A DNA stretch of 26,793 nt. Origin: a bacterium. GTDB lineage: Bacteria; Margulisbacteria; Marinamargulisbacteria; GCA-2716485; JAYNIM01. The stretch lies in assembly GCA_038109055.1 (NCBI GenBank), contig JAYNIM010000002.1, positions 1 to 26,793 on the forward strand, given 5' to 3'. Each line of letters opens with the position of its first letter. Within the stretch, counting starts at the first letter, position 1. A program made the position numbers and the translations under genes. Shown here piece after piece: positions 1 to 9,438 of the stretch. The notes under the pieces were generated by a model, which saw only the letters and a list, made by a program, of their open reading frames with translations, searched no databases and was not told the DNA's origin.

Positions 1-2
1 AA

Positions 3-401
3 AAAATATCATTTTTGAACAGTTTTTGGAATATCACCAAAGAATTAGGAAAATATTTTTTAATTGGTATGGTAATAGCCAGTATTTTATCAACAATTAT
101 TCCTGAAGAAGCCATTCCAAAGTATATTGGATCATCCGGCTTTTTGGCATTTTTCTTAGCACTTATTATTGGCATTCCTTTATATGTGTGTGAAGGCGAG
201 GAAATCCCCATTACCCTATCATTGATTACCTTGGATTTAGGACAAGGGCCTGCTATGACTTTTTTACTAGGTTCAGTTGGCACTTGTATCCCAACGTTTA
301 TCATGGCGCAAAAGGTTATAGGTAAAAAACCAATGGTTCTTTATATTGGATATTGGTTTGTGTTTGCTTTGGGAAGCGGATTGTTGTTTGGGTTTATTTG
401 A
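3..401 (+). CDS. ArsP/DUF318-family permease, C-terminal part (5' end lies outside the window)
   Basis: The frame is open from base 3 (KISFLNSFW...). The product is hydrophobic and multi-pass, with the GIPLYVC..EIP and GxGPAMTFLL motifs typical of this permease family. Confidence 0.75.
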   Translation, partial: KISFLNSFWNITKELGKYFLIGMVIASILSTIIPEEAIPKYIGSSGFLAFFLALIIGIPLYVCEGEEIPITLSLITLDLGQGPAMTFLLGSVGTCIPTFIMAQKVIGKKPMVLYIGYWFVFALGSGLLFGFI

Positions 402-601
402 TTATATAAAAGGGATAACTATTTACGATTTTAGATTATGCAACTTTCAACTTCAGCAAATCCACATCAACGCATGTAAGAAGTTCCTGAAAAATCCGTA
501 TCTCAGCAGCCCTCTCAGTTCGTAACACACGTAGTGAAGCCAGCCAATGATTTTCACGCACAAACTAATAAGTAGATCAGAGCTTTAATACCGCTTTGAA
601 C

Positions 602-2020
602 TTAATACTGGTTTGAATCCAGCTCGGCTTTCACTTCAGCAGAAGGAACCTTCCATCCGAGCTTTTTCTCAATTGCAATAATAATCTCCCGAGCGATATC
701 TTTGCCAGTCGCTTCTTCGATTCCTTCTAAACCTGGCGAAGAATTAACTTCAAGTAAAAGGGGACCTTTGTTTGACCGGATTAAATCTACACCAGCCACA
801 TCAAGCCCTAAAACCTTAGCCGCCTTAATTGCCATCTTACGTTCTTCAGGTGTGATTTTAATGCTTTGTGTTGAAGCCCCTTTGTGCACATTGGCCCTAA
901 ACTCTCCTGCCTGTGCTTCTCTCATAATACTTGCAACAACCTTCCCATTTACAACAAAGCAACGAATATCTTTACTCCCCGCCTCTTTTATAAACTCTTG
1001 AACTAACAGGTTTGCTTTGAGGGACTTGAAGGCATTAATAACACTTTCTGCTGCTTTTTTGGTTTCTGCTAAAACCACACCGGTCCCTTGAGTTCCCTCA
1101 AGGAGTTTTATGATTAACGGTGCGCCACCTACCATGTTAATGAGATCATCCGTATCAATTGGTGAGTTTGCAAATCCGGTTGTTGGAATTTCAAGTCCGT
1201 TTTTAAGTAAGAGTTGTAGACTAAATAATTTATCCCTCGATTGGGTGATCGCTTGAGATGAGTTCAATGTATAAACCCCGATACTTTCAAAATGCCTGGT
1301 TAATGCTGCCCCATAAAATGTAATGCTAGGTCTTATTCTAGGAACTACCGCATCCAATCCCACTATGACTTTTCCACCACGATTATGAATTTCAGGATCA
1401 TCCGCATCTAATTTCATAAAGCACTGCTTAATATTGAGAAACTGCATATCATGACCTCTCTCTTCTCCAGCAGCTAAAATGCGTTTATTAGAGTATAAGG
1501 TTGAATTACTAGCTAAAACACCTATTTTTAATCCTGTTGGAGGCTTCTTAACTTTTACATACAGTCTCTTAATTTCGCCTGTTGAGAGATCGCCATTGAT
1601 AAAGTGCTCTGAAGGATCAACGATTAAGCGACCTTTCATTGCCTCTCTTCCCAATAACATCCGATACCCCATAGAGTCCCTATTTGTAAGAGTTAACTCA
1701 ATATCCCATTTAACTCCACCAAACTCCAATAATGTTTTGACAACATAACGTTTTTCTGTGACCCCTGAAGAACTTTTGACATCCCTGCGATCAAGAACCT
1801 CAGCATCACAGCGCACAATAGTTCCTCTGTCATCTTGTAAAGGGTGCACTTCAAAACTCACCCATAGTGCCTTCTCTTTGCGATACGCATAAATGTTATA
1901 TGCATGAATAGTCGAAGTCTTAGCCCCTGAGTCAACCCTAGCTTTAATCGCAGGCACACCTAGCTTTGCTAACTTGCACCACTCTTCACACCCAATAATT
2001 TTCTTTTGTTTTTTTGACAT
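602..2020 (-). CDS. rimK: RimB-like retropepsin-fold protease domain fused to a RimK ATP-grasp alpha-L-glutamate ligase
   Basis: N-terminal ~145 aa: [36 protein letters not shown]-terminal Rim[60 protein letters not shown]. Confidence 0.92.
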   Translation of the reverse strand: MSKKQKKIIGCEEWCKLAKLGVPAIKARVDSGAKTSTIHAYNIYAYRKEKALWVSFEVHPLQDDRGTIVRCDAEVLDRRDVKSSSGVTEKRYVVKTLLEFGGVKWDIELTLTNRDSMGYRMLLGREAMKGRLIVDPSEHFINGDLSTGEIKRLYVKVKKPPTGLKIGVLASNSTLYSNKRILAAGEERGHDMQFLNIKQCFMKLDADDPEIHNRGGKVIVGLDAVVPRIRPSITFYGAALTRHFESIGVYTLNSSQAITQSRDKLFSLQLLLKNGLEIPTTGFANSPIDTDDLINMVGGAPLIIKLLEGTQGTGVVLAETKKAAESVINAFKSLKANLLVQEFIKEAGSKDIRCFVVNGKVVASIMREAQAGEFRANVHKGASTQSIKITPEERKMAIKAAKVLGLDVAGVDLIRSNKGPLLLEVNSSPGLEGIEEATGKDIAREIIIAIEKKLGWKVPSAEVKAELDSNQY

Positions 2021-2383
2021 AATATTGTTCTTGAATAATACATCATCAGAAAAAAATATTCGATAGATCTTTCATTAACTTTCAACATTAAATCCCCAAA
2101 ACCACCCATCCCCCCCACTCCCACCAAGCAATTCCCCCCCCCAAAAAAAACCAGCCTATGCCGCACCCCCACCAAGCAAACCCAAGCCCAGCGCGAATTA
2201 AAACAGTGTCTGTCTGAGTATCACGAATTAGGCTTTTTTAACCAAGCGGCAAAGAAAAGAAAGGCATCAGCGCACGAAGATAACAACGTTTTTTTTGCGT
2301 CATTAATGTATCTAAATACTATGAACTATCGTGACTAAAATAGACGCCAGCCTCACTAGAAAGTCAGGGGCTATCAATAAAAC

Positions 2384-3691
2384 TCACTTTATTTTTGCCG
2401 ATAGATTAACCTTTGCTTCCAAAAGAGTCGCATCTTTTTTAATGGAATCAAGAAATTGAGGGGTAATAATTGTAGGTGTGATGACAATAATAATATCACG
2501 CTTTTCACTAACCATTTCAACTCGACTAAAAAGAGATCCTATCATCGGCAATTGAGATAAAACAGGGATCCCTTTTTTAATTTCAGTATCGCTAGACTTT
2601 GTTAGCCCCCCAATAACAATCGTTTGTCCATCTTTAACCACGACTTCACTATTTGTTTCGGTGGTATCTTCTTGGGGTAAATTATTAATAATTTGCCCTT
2701 CGCTTATCGATGGCGATAAACTCATACGAATATCCCCATCCTCACTAATATGGGGCGTAAACCGTAATTTGATTCCAACTTCTAAAAACTCAATATTTTC
2801 TTGGGTGCCTGTTTGAGTGGTGACACTGGTTTTATAGCCAAATTTATTGCCAATAAGTAACTCAGATGGATGATGATTTAAGGCTGTGACCCAAGGCGAA
2901 GCTAATAATTCCACACCTGAGCGTTGTTCAATTGCAGTAAAAAAGGTTTCTATATCACGACCAATAACCTGTGCAAAAATACCAATCGGCGCAACAGCAT
3001 CTCGTAATTGATTGGTATTGATAACAATACGATCTTGAGGATTACTATGGTGCTTAATCAACCAATCTACCCCCATAACATTTTTATTATCTTTGTCTCC
3101 AAGACCTTCTTTGATTTCAATTATTTTGGCTCTAACAAGTACTTGCTTGGGAGAAATATCCACTTGCTTTATAAGTTTTTGAATATTCTTGATCGTCTCG
3201 GGACGTGCATTTACAGCAAGGGTGTTTAATGCCTCACTGATTGCAAGGGTTTCCGTTTCTCGCAATAACGTTGTGACCAGAGGGCTAATGTCTTGAACCC
3301 TGAGATGCTGAATGGTAAACGTAAATGGTTGTGTTTGGGCATCTTTTTTATGATAAATGATAAGATGTTTTTTATCCTGAATGTAATTATAATTCTGCGA
3401 CTTTAGAATTTCATCAAGCGCCTGCAAGGGAGGAAGATCTTTAATTTTGGCAGTGACCGATGTACCTGTGATTGAATGGGGTCTAGTAATTGTATAATCC
3501 GTACTTTTCTCAAATAAGGTAAGCACAGCGGGTAATGTTGCGTTGTGGACCTTTAAAGAAATGACATTTTCACTAGGCGTAAGCGAACGTGCAGGTACAG
3601 TGCTGATCATAATAATACTTATAAAAAGTATCCAGTATATTTTTTTCATTATGTCCTTCTTTTTCATGACTCTATTGCTATTTATACCCAT
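2384..3691 (-). CDS. Outer-membrane secretin (PilQ/GspD family); true start probably at a downstream Met (MKKKD or MKKIY)
   Basis: Signal peptide, N0-like ISLKVHNATL, N3 domain NTLAV...IKQVDISPKQVLVRAKIIE, and secretin core LLASP, VGIKLRFTPHI, VVVKDGQTIVIGGL, GIPVLSQLPMIGSLF, IIVITPTII. Confidence 0.92.
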   Translation of the reverse strand: MGINSNRVMKKKDIMKKIYWILFISIIMISTVPARSLTPSENVISLKVHNATLPAVLTLFEKSTDYTITRPHSITGTSVTAKIKDLPPLQALDEILKSQNYNYIQDKKHLIIYHKKDAQTQPFTFTIQHLRVQDISPLVTTLLRETETLAISEALNTLAVNARPETIKNIQKLIKQVDISPKQVLVRAKIIEIKEGLGDKDNKNVMGVDWLIKHHSNPQDRIVINTNQLRDAVAPIGIFAQVIGRDIETFFTAIEQRSGVELLASPWVTALNHHPSELLIGNKFGYKTSVTTQTGTQENIEFLEVGIKLRFTPHISEDGDIRMSLSPSISEGQIINNLPQEDTTETNSEVVVKDGQTIVIGGLTKSSDTEIKKGIPVLSQLPMIGSLFSRVEMVSEKRDIIIVITPTIITPQFLDSIKKDATLLEAKVNLSAKIK

Positions 3692-3711
3692 TTTTTATTC
3701 ACTATATTCAT

Positions 3712-4089
3712 TTATTTCATTTTTAGTCTTTTTCGAAGCGTTCCTTTTTTTAGAACCACACTATTTTTATCAATAGTCGTCACCTTCCATCCTTCAATCG
3801 TATCACCATTAGACATGCTTTTTTGGTTAATCAAGGCAATTAAGCCAGTCTGAGTTTGGATAATCCCATGTAAGTTTAATGTTTTTTTAGTTTTCTTATT
3901 AACCTTAATATTACGTTTAACAGGGCCTACTTTTTTATTTTTTTTAACAGGGTGTTTAATTTCTTTTTGTTGATAATCTCCATAGACAAAAGGGTTTCGA
4001 ATTGTTTGATACTTCGTATTTGCATATTGAAGATATGGAAACAAAAGGCAGATAAGTATCACACTGAGCCATTGATGATGGTAGGTCAT
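3712..4089 (-). CDS. PilP/GspC-HR-like alignment protein
   Basis: N-terminal hydrophobic segment, RNPF motif, basic linker, and C-terminal LxGII...ALIN....GDTIEGWKVTTIDKNSVVL. It lies between the PilO-like gene and the secretin. Confidence 0.65.
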   Translation of the reverse strand: MTYHHQWLSVILICLLFPYLQYANTKYQTIRNPFVYGDYQQKEIKHPVKKNKKVGPVKRNIKVNKKTKKTLNLHGIIQTQTGLIALINQKSMSNGDTIEGWKVTTIDKNSVVLKKGTLRKRLKMK

Positions 4090-4883
4090 ACACTCACCTC
4101 CTTGATAATATAGATACTAAGCTCCATTTCTGTATGTATTATATTAGGGTTATTTTTTTTTACTTTATTTTCAATACTGTTGATTTGGTATAATTTTCCA
4201 TGACCATTTAACCACTGCAACACATATAAAAAGCCAGAGTAGGGCCCGTTCATTTTTAACTGTAACTGAATAGATTCCATAAAGTATGAAGCAAGTTTAT
4301 CGTCTTTACCTCGCATCCATACCCGACGCACCTCTTCATGATTATGATTAATAATACGTTTACTAATTTCTCGAATATGGAGACTTGTTTGCACTCCTGC
4401 ATTAATATCTGCTTCATGAGCCATAATATAATCAATAGAATGACCCTGTTCATGTGCAGGCAACGACTTAACCCAATCTAAGAGCAATATATGCCGGATT
4501 GTTTTATGGTCTTTTTGAATCGGTTTAATTGAAATAACAGTGTTGTTAAATCCTTTTATAATTCGGGGCAACGTTTTAATGAATAAATCCGCTTCACTTT
4601 CTGAAAAAAATGATTCATTCGTTTTTTTTAAGATATTATCATATTCGCTTTTTGCATCACTCAGTTGCTTGATAGCTTGGGTACGAAGTGCTTTGCTATT
4701 TAGTAAATTTTGATGGGCGGACAACTCGTTTTTAATAGCAACATAATTAGTAAGATAAGGGGAAAGTATTAACAAATACATCACATAGCTAGACAAACTG
4801 ATAATAGTAACAACAAGAAGAACTTTGTATCGTTTAGGGAGTTGATCAAGGTATTGTAATAGTTGCTCTTTCTTGTGAATCAT
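4086..4883 (-). CDS. PilO/GspM-like inner-membrane protein
   Basis: Single N-terminal TM helix, coiled coil, and C-terminal IQLQLKMNGPYSGFLYVLQWL...YQINSI ferredoxin-like pattern. 4-bp overlaps with both neighbours. Confidence 0.7.
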   Translation of the reverse strand: MIHKKEQLLQYLDQLPKRYKVLLVVTIISLSSYVMYLLILSPYLTNYVAIKNELSAHQNLLNSKALRTQAIKQLSDAKSEYDNILKKTNESFFSESEADLFIKTLPRIIKGFNNTVISIKPIQKDHKTIRHILLLDWVKSLPAHEQGHSIDYIMAHEADINAGVQTSLHIREISKRIINHNHEEVRRVWMRGKDDKLASYFMESIQLQLKMNGPYSGFLYVLQWLNGHGKLYQINSIENKVKKNNPNIIHTEMELSIYIIKEVSV

Positions 4884-6379
4884 TGGCCGTCTCCGCGTTG
4901 AATTGTAATGGTAAACTCAACGGTATTCTGGCGAGAGTTATTTTCAACTTTGTTTAACTTGACCTTGAGAAAAAAAGGTGAATTTTTTAGATTTTGCAAT
5001 AGTTTAAATACTGCATCAGATCGAATGGCTTCACCATGAATGACAATCTCGCCTTTGTCATCCATTTTAAATGATTGAATACGCGTATCTTCAGTAACAA
5101 GCGTCGATAAGTTAGCATAAAAAATCTCCGCATCAAACTGATGGATATCGTTATTTAATTTTCGCCTGGCAATTATAAGTTTTTTCATTATATTGATATT
5201 AGAATCTATTTTTTGAACAACTTGAAACTCCTTATTAGTGGCAATAAGTTCATTTTTAACCACCTGAATTTCTTGATTCAGTCCTTTTGATTGATAATAA
5301 AACAGAAAAAATATACTAAGCATGACAATTGACGCCAAAGACAATGAGGCAAGAAAATAAGTAAGTAATAGCTTAAAGTACGGTCTGCCCTGAGTTAACC
5401 CAAGAATTAATAAATCGTCTGCTGTCATTTTCCCTGCACCAATTGCAGGTAGCGTTATTTTTACAAGAGGCTCATAGTCTGGATTAACAAGACAATGATC
5501 TAAAAATGAATCGATGGGCAAAAAAGTAGCCTTTGTTTCTTTCATTAAAGACTCTAAAGCCTCTTTATGGTTTTCTTCTAAAAAGGGGGCATAAAAATAC
5601 ACCTGGCTGCGTGTATTATTAGAATTGAGTAAATGAATGATAGAGTCAATATTTTGAGAGGCATTATTTGTATTAATAAGTTTTCTCAGTGGGGTAGAGC
5701 CATAATGAATATGTTGCAAACCACGATCATTCCATGCCATATAACTGGTTTGATTTGGCTCTGCACAAACGATGATTTTATCTTCACTATTTTCAAGTGT
5801 TGAAAACTGATGAATCAATCCTGCACTATGAGTTGTGATACCAAATAAGGATAATTGAGCATGTTGCATAATGGTGTTCCATCGACGAAAAGTATCGCGT
5901 TTACATGCCAACACAACAACCCGATAATGAGGTTCTTGATTGACAGTAACCGTGTCGAGTATTTTCCAGTTTTTGTGTAATTCATGGCCAGAAAATAACG
6001 TGTAGCTAGAGAGTTGTTTGTAAATATACTCACTAATACCCTTGGCATTACTCTTTGGAATGGTAAAAATACGCATAAGGATATGATTGTCGCTACTAAT
6101 AAAAATCACCTTTTTAGCATGGATATCATGCTCTATACAAAGCTGTTTAAGTGTATCACTAAAGGAGTTATCATCTCTCAATTGGTTGTTTTCATCTAAT
6201 GAATCAGCAATTGAACGACGAATAATTTTATGAACAACATAATTGGGATGCTTTTTATGCATTTCAATGAATAACAAGTTCTGGTTATGTATCATGAGGC
6301 AAATTTTTGGATCTACTTTTTTCTTTTCAAAGTAAATATGTTGTTTGAATGTCTTCAGAGGAGACAGAAATGTATGCAT
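4880..6379 (-). CDS. PilM-like cytoplasmic domain fused to a PilN-like TM/periplasmic domain
   Basis: The N-terminal ~320 aa is PilM-like (ILMRIFTIP, VVVLACKRD, LPAIGAG). A TM helix and coiled coil follow, then PilN-like LSTLVTEDTRIQSF...IHGEA...VFKLLQNLKNSPFF...VEFTIT. Confidence 0.75.
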   Translation of the reverse strand: MHTFLSPLKTFKQHIYFEKKKVDPKICLMIHNQNLLFIEMHKKHPNYVVHKIIRRSIADSLDENNQLRDDNSFSDTLKQLCIEHDIHAKKVIFISSDNHILMRIFTIPKSNAKGISEYIYKQLSSYTLFSGHELHKNWKILDTVTVNQEPHYRVVVLACKRDTFRRWNTIMQHAQLSLFGITTHSAGLIHQFSTLENSEDKIIVCAEPNQTSYMAWNDRGLQHIHYGSTPLRKLINTNNASQNIDSIIHLLNSNNTRSQVYFYAPFLEENHKEALESLMKETKATFLPIDSFLDHCLVNPDYEPLVKITLPAIGAGKMTADDLLILGLTQGRPYFKLLLTYFLASLSLASIVMLSIFFLFYYQSKGLNQEIQVVKNELIATNKEFQVVQKIDSNINIMKKLIIARRKLNNDIHQFDAEIFYANLSTLVTEDTRIQSFKMDDKGEIVIHGEAIRSDAVFKLLQNLKNSPFFLKVKLNKVENNSRQNTVEFTITIQRGDGQ

Positions 6380-6781
6380 CTATAACTCCTCCCAACTATC
6401 AACACGAAGTGCAAATTTTCCAGTAGTCGTTTTATCAATAATAACTAAAGATGCCTCTATTTGTCGGGTAACCCCATGTGCAGTACCAGAAGCGTGAATA
6501 GTCACCAGAGGGTTTTTATTAATAATCAACGCAGAATACTGTTGATCTGTGCCAAAAGGTTCGTTAGTAAACCCCGTATTCCAATTATCATTTAAGGTGA
6601 GCTGATACATAGACTCTGCGATAGCTGTTTCTGCTACAAACCCAGCTTGTCTTGCCCACGCATCCTGTGACGCTATGTGTATTTCAGAGCTTAATACCAC
6701 CATTATCCCCGTGATTAATATACTTAATAAGGCAATGGCAAAAAGCGTCATAACAAGAACAGACCCTTTTTCTTTCTTCAT
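6380..6781 (-). CDS. PilX/GspK-like minor pilin (short)
   Basis: Class III signal MKKEKG|SVLVMTL lacking Glu5, as in PilX/GspK. Also ARQAGFVAETAI and VTIHASGTAHGVTRQIEA, which fit the PilX N-terminal pattern. Confidence 0.75.
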   Translation of the reverse strand: MKKEKGSVLVMTLFAIALLSILITGIMVVLSSEIHIASQDAWARQAGFVAETAIAESMYQLTLNDNWNTGFTNEPFGTDQQYSALIINKNPLVTIHASGTAHGVTRQIEASLVIIDKTTTGKFALRVDSWEEL

Positions 6782-8175
6782 TCTTCAGACTCCATAAAAT
6801 GAATAGGCGGATGATCTAAATCACTGCTACTATATGTGATACTAACATCTCCTTGTAACTGCAAATTATGATGAGCAATAATATTTCCATTGAGTAAAAA
6901 AGGATCCTTTTCACTCAAGAAATTGTTTCCTGAATAAATTAACCCCGTTAAAGTTGTAGATAATCCTTCGCTCATCAAGAACATATCATTTCCACAAGCT
7001 AAAATAGGCGTTAATTTAGAGGTGCTAATAGTCAATGTTTGATTTTGATTAAGGGTAAGATCATTCCCCGCAACAATCCCCCCATCTGAGACCAATTGTC
7101 GAGAAGAAATATGAATATTTCGACCCGCAATATAAGTAAAATTATACTGATCATTGCCATGACAAATAACATCCTTGGTTGTCATAATAATATCTCGTCC
7201 CGCATATACAACACCCGTGGTTTCAAAATCGTCTCCAATATCACTGTTATGAAAAATATCATTCCCGGCAATCAGGGCAGGCTGACCGTATGGCGCATTA
7301 ATGACAATATTGTGTCCATTAATGGTTAAATCTCCCTCCACCACTATACTTCCTTCAATAGTAACATTTTTTTCAATCGTCGCATTTGCACCATTTGCAA
7401 TATAATAAATCCCCGTATAAGTTTGACTTTCAGAAAAGGTGTGATCGCTACTATAAATGGTATCTGCCTTGGCTTTGTATACCGCTAAGTCACTATAGGT
7501 AGCCAATAAATCACTCATGGCAAGATCCGGTAATGGTAATGGGGCTGTATCATTAAGGTCGGTTTCGTCACCATTAATCGTAATACTATTTCCACTTTCT
7601 TCCTGGATAGTATGATTAGCGTGAATATTTCCATTAATTTCACCCGATCCATCCAAGATAATATAATTTCCAGCTGTAATTCCGTAATAAAGAGTAGAAA
7701 TAAAATCTTTTGGAAAGGTAATTTGTGTTTGCATGGTCTGACCACCAATTCTAAGCGTTATTCGAAGCGCTTTTAACTTTGAAGGTACCGTTGTTAACGA
7801 TCCATCTGCAGCAAAGCCCTCCAGTAGTAAGCTATCAATTTCTCCAGTCAAGGCTTCAGCAGTACCATCAATCATTTGAGCCAAAACAAGTGTAGAACCC
7901 TGAGACATTGTAAGAAAGCCTGTGATATCCCCATTACTTTTAATAATAGATATTTCTGTGTCTGATAACTGATTAATACGATCCGCTTGTTTTAATTCTT
8001 TTTCCATAAGTGATAAAGCAAATCGTGAATCTTGGGTTGTATCAATAGAGTACTGAACACTTTTCCAGCTATGATTCATAGAATAAAAAAAAGGTACAGA
8101 AGCAGCGATAATAATGCTTGTAATAGCCAATGTTAGCATCAACTCAATAATCGTAAACCCATTAAATCGCTTCAT
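6778..8175 (-). CDS. Large minor pilin (PilW/GspJ-like N-terminus) with a C-terminal beta-solenoid repeat domain
   Basis: MKRFNG|FTIIELML prepilin motif. The C-terminal ~300 aa carries recurring hh(A/S)G(N/R)(D/N)h units. Confidence 0.8.
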   Translation of the reverse strand: MKRFNGFTIIELMLTLAITSIIIAASVPFFYSMNHSWKSVQYSIDTTQDSRFALSLMEKELKQADRINQLSDTEISIIKSNGDITGFLTMSQGSTLVLAQMIDGTAEALTGEIDSLLLEGFAADGSLTTVPSKLKALRITLRIGGQTMQTQITFPKDFISTLYYGITAGNYIILDGSGEINGNIHANHTIQEESGNSITINGDETDLNDTAPLPLPDLAMSDLLATYSDLAVYKAKADTIYSSDHTFSESQTYTGIYYIANGANATIEKNVTIEGSIVVEGDLTINGHNIVINAPYGQPALIAGNDIFHNSDIGDDFETTGVVYAGRDIIMTTKDVICHGNDQYNFTYIAGRNIHISSRQLVSDGGIVAGNDLTLNQNQTLTISTSKLTPILACGNDMFLMSEGLSTTLTGLIYSGNNFLSEKDPFLLNGNIIAHHNLQLQGDVSITYSSSDLDHPPIHFMESEE

Positions 8176-8574
8176 TTATATTCCCTTGTAAAAACAAATC
8201 GTTCGTTTAGTTTCAAATTGAGGCTCATCGCTATCAATAACACTATTGTTATTAAGATCTTTCCACACGCTAATGCGAATGGTTTTAATATCACTCGTTT
8301 TGCTATCCGTCACAATACGTTTAAACTGTGTAAATGGCGTTTCAAAAGGAGTAGCAAACTCTGAAAAATCCTGATTAAAATCAACAATCGTTCGACGACT
8401 CTGCCTTACAATGTCTTCCATGAGCTGACAACCTAATTGACTACTAATTGTCATCCCATGAGCACGATGATGCAAACGAGTGATGCCAGGAACAAGATTA
8501 AAAATGAGTATCAGCATAGGCAACATAATGGCCATAGAAACAACAACCTCAATTAATGTAAAACCCTTATTCAC
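8176..8574 (-). CDS. Minor pilin, PilV/GspI-like
   Basis: MNKG|FTLIEVVVSMAI prepilin motif; size and position within the pilin array. Confidence 0.8.
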   Translation of the reverse strand: MNKGFTLIEVVVSMAIMLPMLILIFNLVPGITRLHHRAHGMTISSQLGCQLMEDIVRQSRRTIVDFNQDFSEFATPFETPFTQFKRIVTDSKTSDIKTIRISVWKDLNNNSVIDSDEPQFETKRTICFYKGI

Positions 8575-9038
8575 GTTGAGACCCTAGAAAGAAAACAATA
8601 CCCAGTTAAGCCCTTAATATTAATCTGCCAGACTTGTCCAGAATAGCTAATTTGTACGAAGGTATTCACGTTATCTAATAAAGATCCTTTTGGTGTAAAG
8701 GTATGGGTTAAATCGCCACTGATCACTAATCCCTGATGCAGCAGTCGGGTATGTCCCACTTTATTTGCTTGGCTGACACTAAAACGATAAATAGCATAAC
8801 TATTTGTTGTGGGGTCAATATGAAGATGATGAGAAACCTTTGTATTAATGGATAGCTGGCGTGTTAATAATAAATCGCTTTTCAACTGATTTGACAGCGT
8901 TTCAACACGCTTATCATTTAGTAAACCTGTATTAAAACGTGGGATAAGTATAGCCGCCATAATGCCAATAATAGCCACAACAAATCCCAATTCAATAAGT
9001 GTAAATCCCCCACTGAAGCGATTAGTGGGTGTGTGCAT
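8571..9038 (-). CDS. Minor pilin, FimT/GspH-like
   Basis: SGG|FTLIELGFVVAIIGIMAAILIPRF, followed by LKSDLLLTRQLSI, FTPKG and LTG, the usual GspH/FimT pattern. Confidence 0.8.
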   Translation of the reverse strand: MHTPTNRFSGGFTLIELGFVVAIIGIMAAILIPRFNTGLLNDKRVETLSNQLKSDLLLTRQLSINTKVSHHLHIDPTTNSYAIYRFSVSQANKVGHTRLLHQGLVISGDLTHTFTPKGSLLDNVNTFVQISYSGQVWQINIKGLTGYCFLSRVST

Positions 9039-9333
9039 CTACCCGATTATCAGAATCTGCATCCGCATAGGGTGTAGCAAGTGCACAGGTCGGTGCTCCA
9101 TCAGGAAAATAATCAGGATCTCCAGTTAGGGCCGCCAACGTTCCATAACTCCCTGTTTTAATAAATTTAGTTTCCCATTGAGCATTAATATTCGCAATGG
9201 TTGCCGCGCATGATTTTGATTTTGCATCATTTGATGTTTGTACAAAACGAGGAATAGCCACCGCCGCCAAAATTCCAATAATGACCACAACAATCATAAT
9301 TTCAACCAAGGTAAACCCATCATTTTTTTTCAT
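9022..9333 (-). CDS. Probable major pilin/pseudopilin (short)
   Basis: MKKNDG|FTLVEIMIVVVIIGILAAVAIPRF, two Cys (SCAA, PTCA), and a strong AAAGGAG SD upstream. Confidence 0.85.
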   Translation of the reverse strand: MKKNDGFTLVEIMIVVVIIGILAAVAIPRFVQTSNDAKSKSCAATIANINAQWETKFIKTGSYGTLAALTGDPDYFPDGAPTCALATPYADADSDNRVDAHTH

Positions 9334-9438
9334 AATAACTCCTTTCTAAGATTAATAAACTATTTAATTTTTTATTTTCATCTCATAATGCTGTTATTCC
9401 CTGATTTTTATTAACTTAAACATTTTTTTCTTTCGTAT

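Noticed and set aside
438..575. ATG-initiated short frame with an internal TAA (MQLSTSANPHQRM*EVPEK...) between convergent genes
   Set aside because: Short, no SD and no recognisable motif; indistinguishable from chance.
702..1748. Plus-strand ORFs 702-1001 and 1479-1748
   Set aside because: Antisense shadows of rimK. The same applies to the small overlapping ORFs inside the pilus, SecA-like, LOG-like, folE, PEPC-like, bioB and ARM genes.
1969..2175. 68-aa Gly-rich minus-strand ORF
   Set aside because: A by-product of the G-runs; it overlaps the rimK start out of frame and has no SD.
2349..2372. Possible terminator hairpin after the secretin gene
   Set aside because: The stem is imperfect and has no adjacent U-tract, so it is not supportable.
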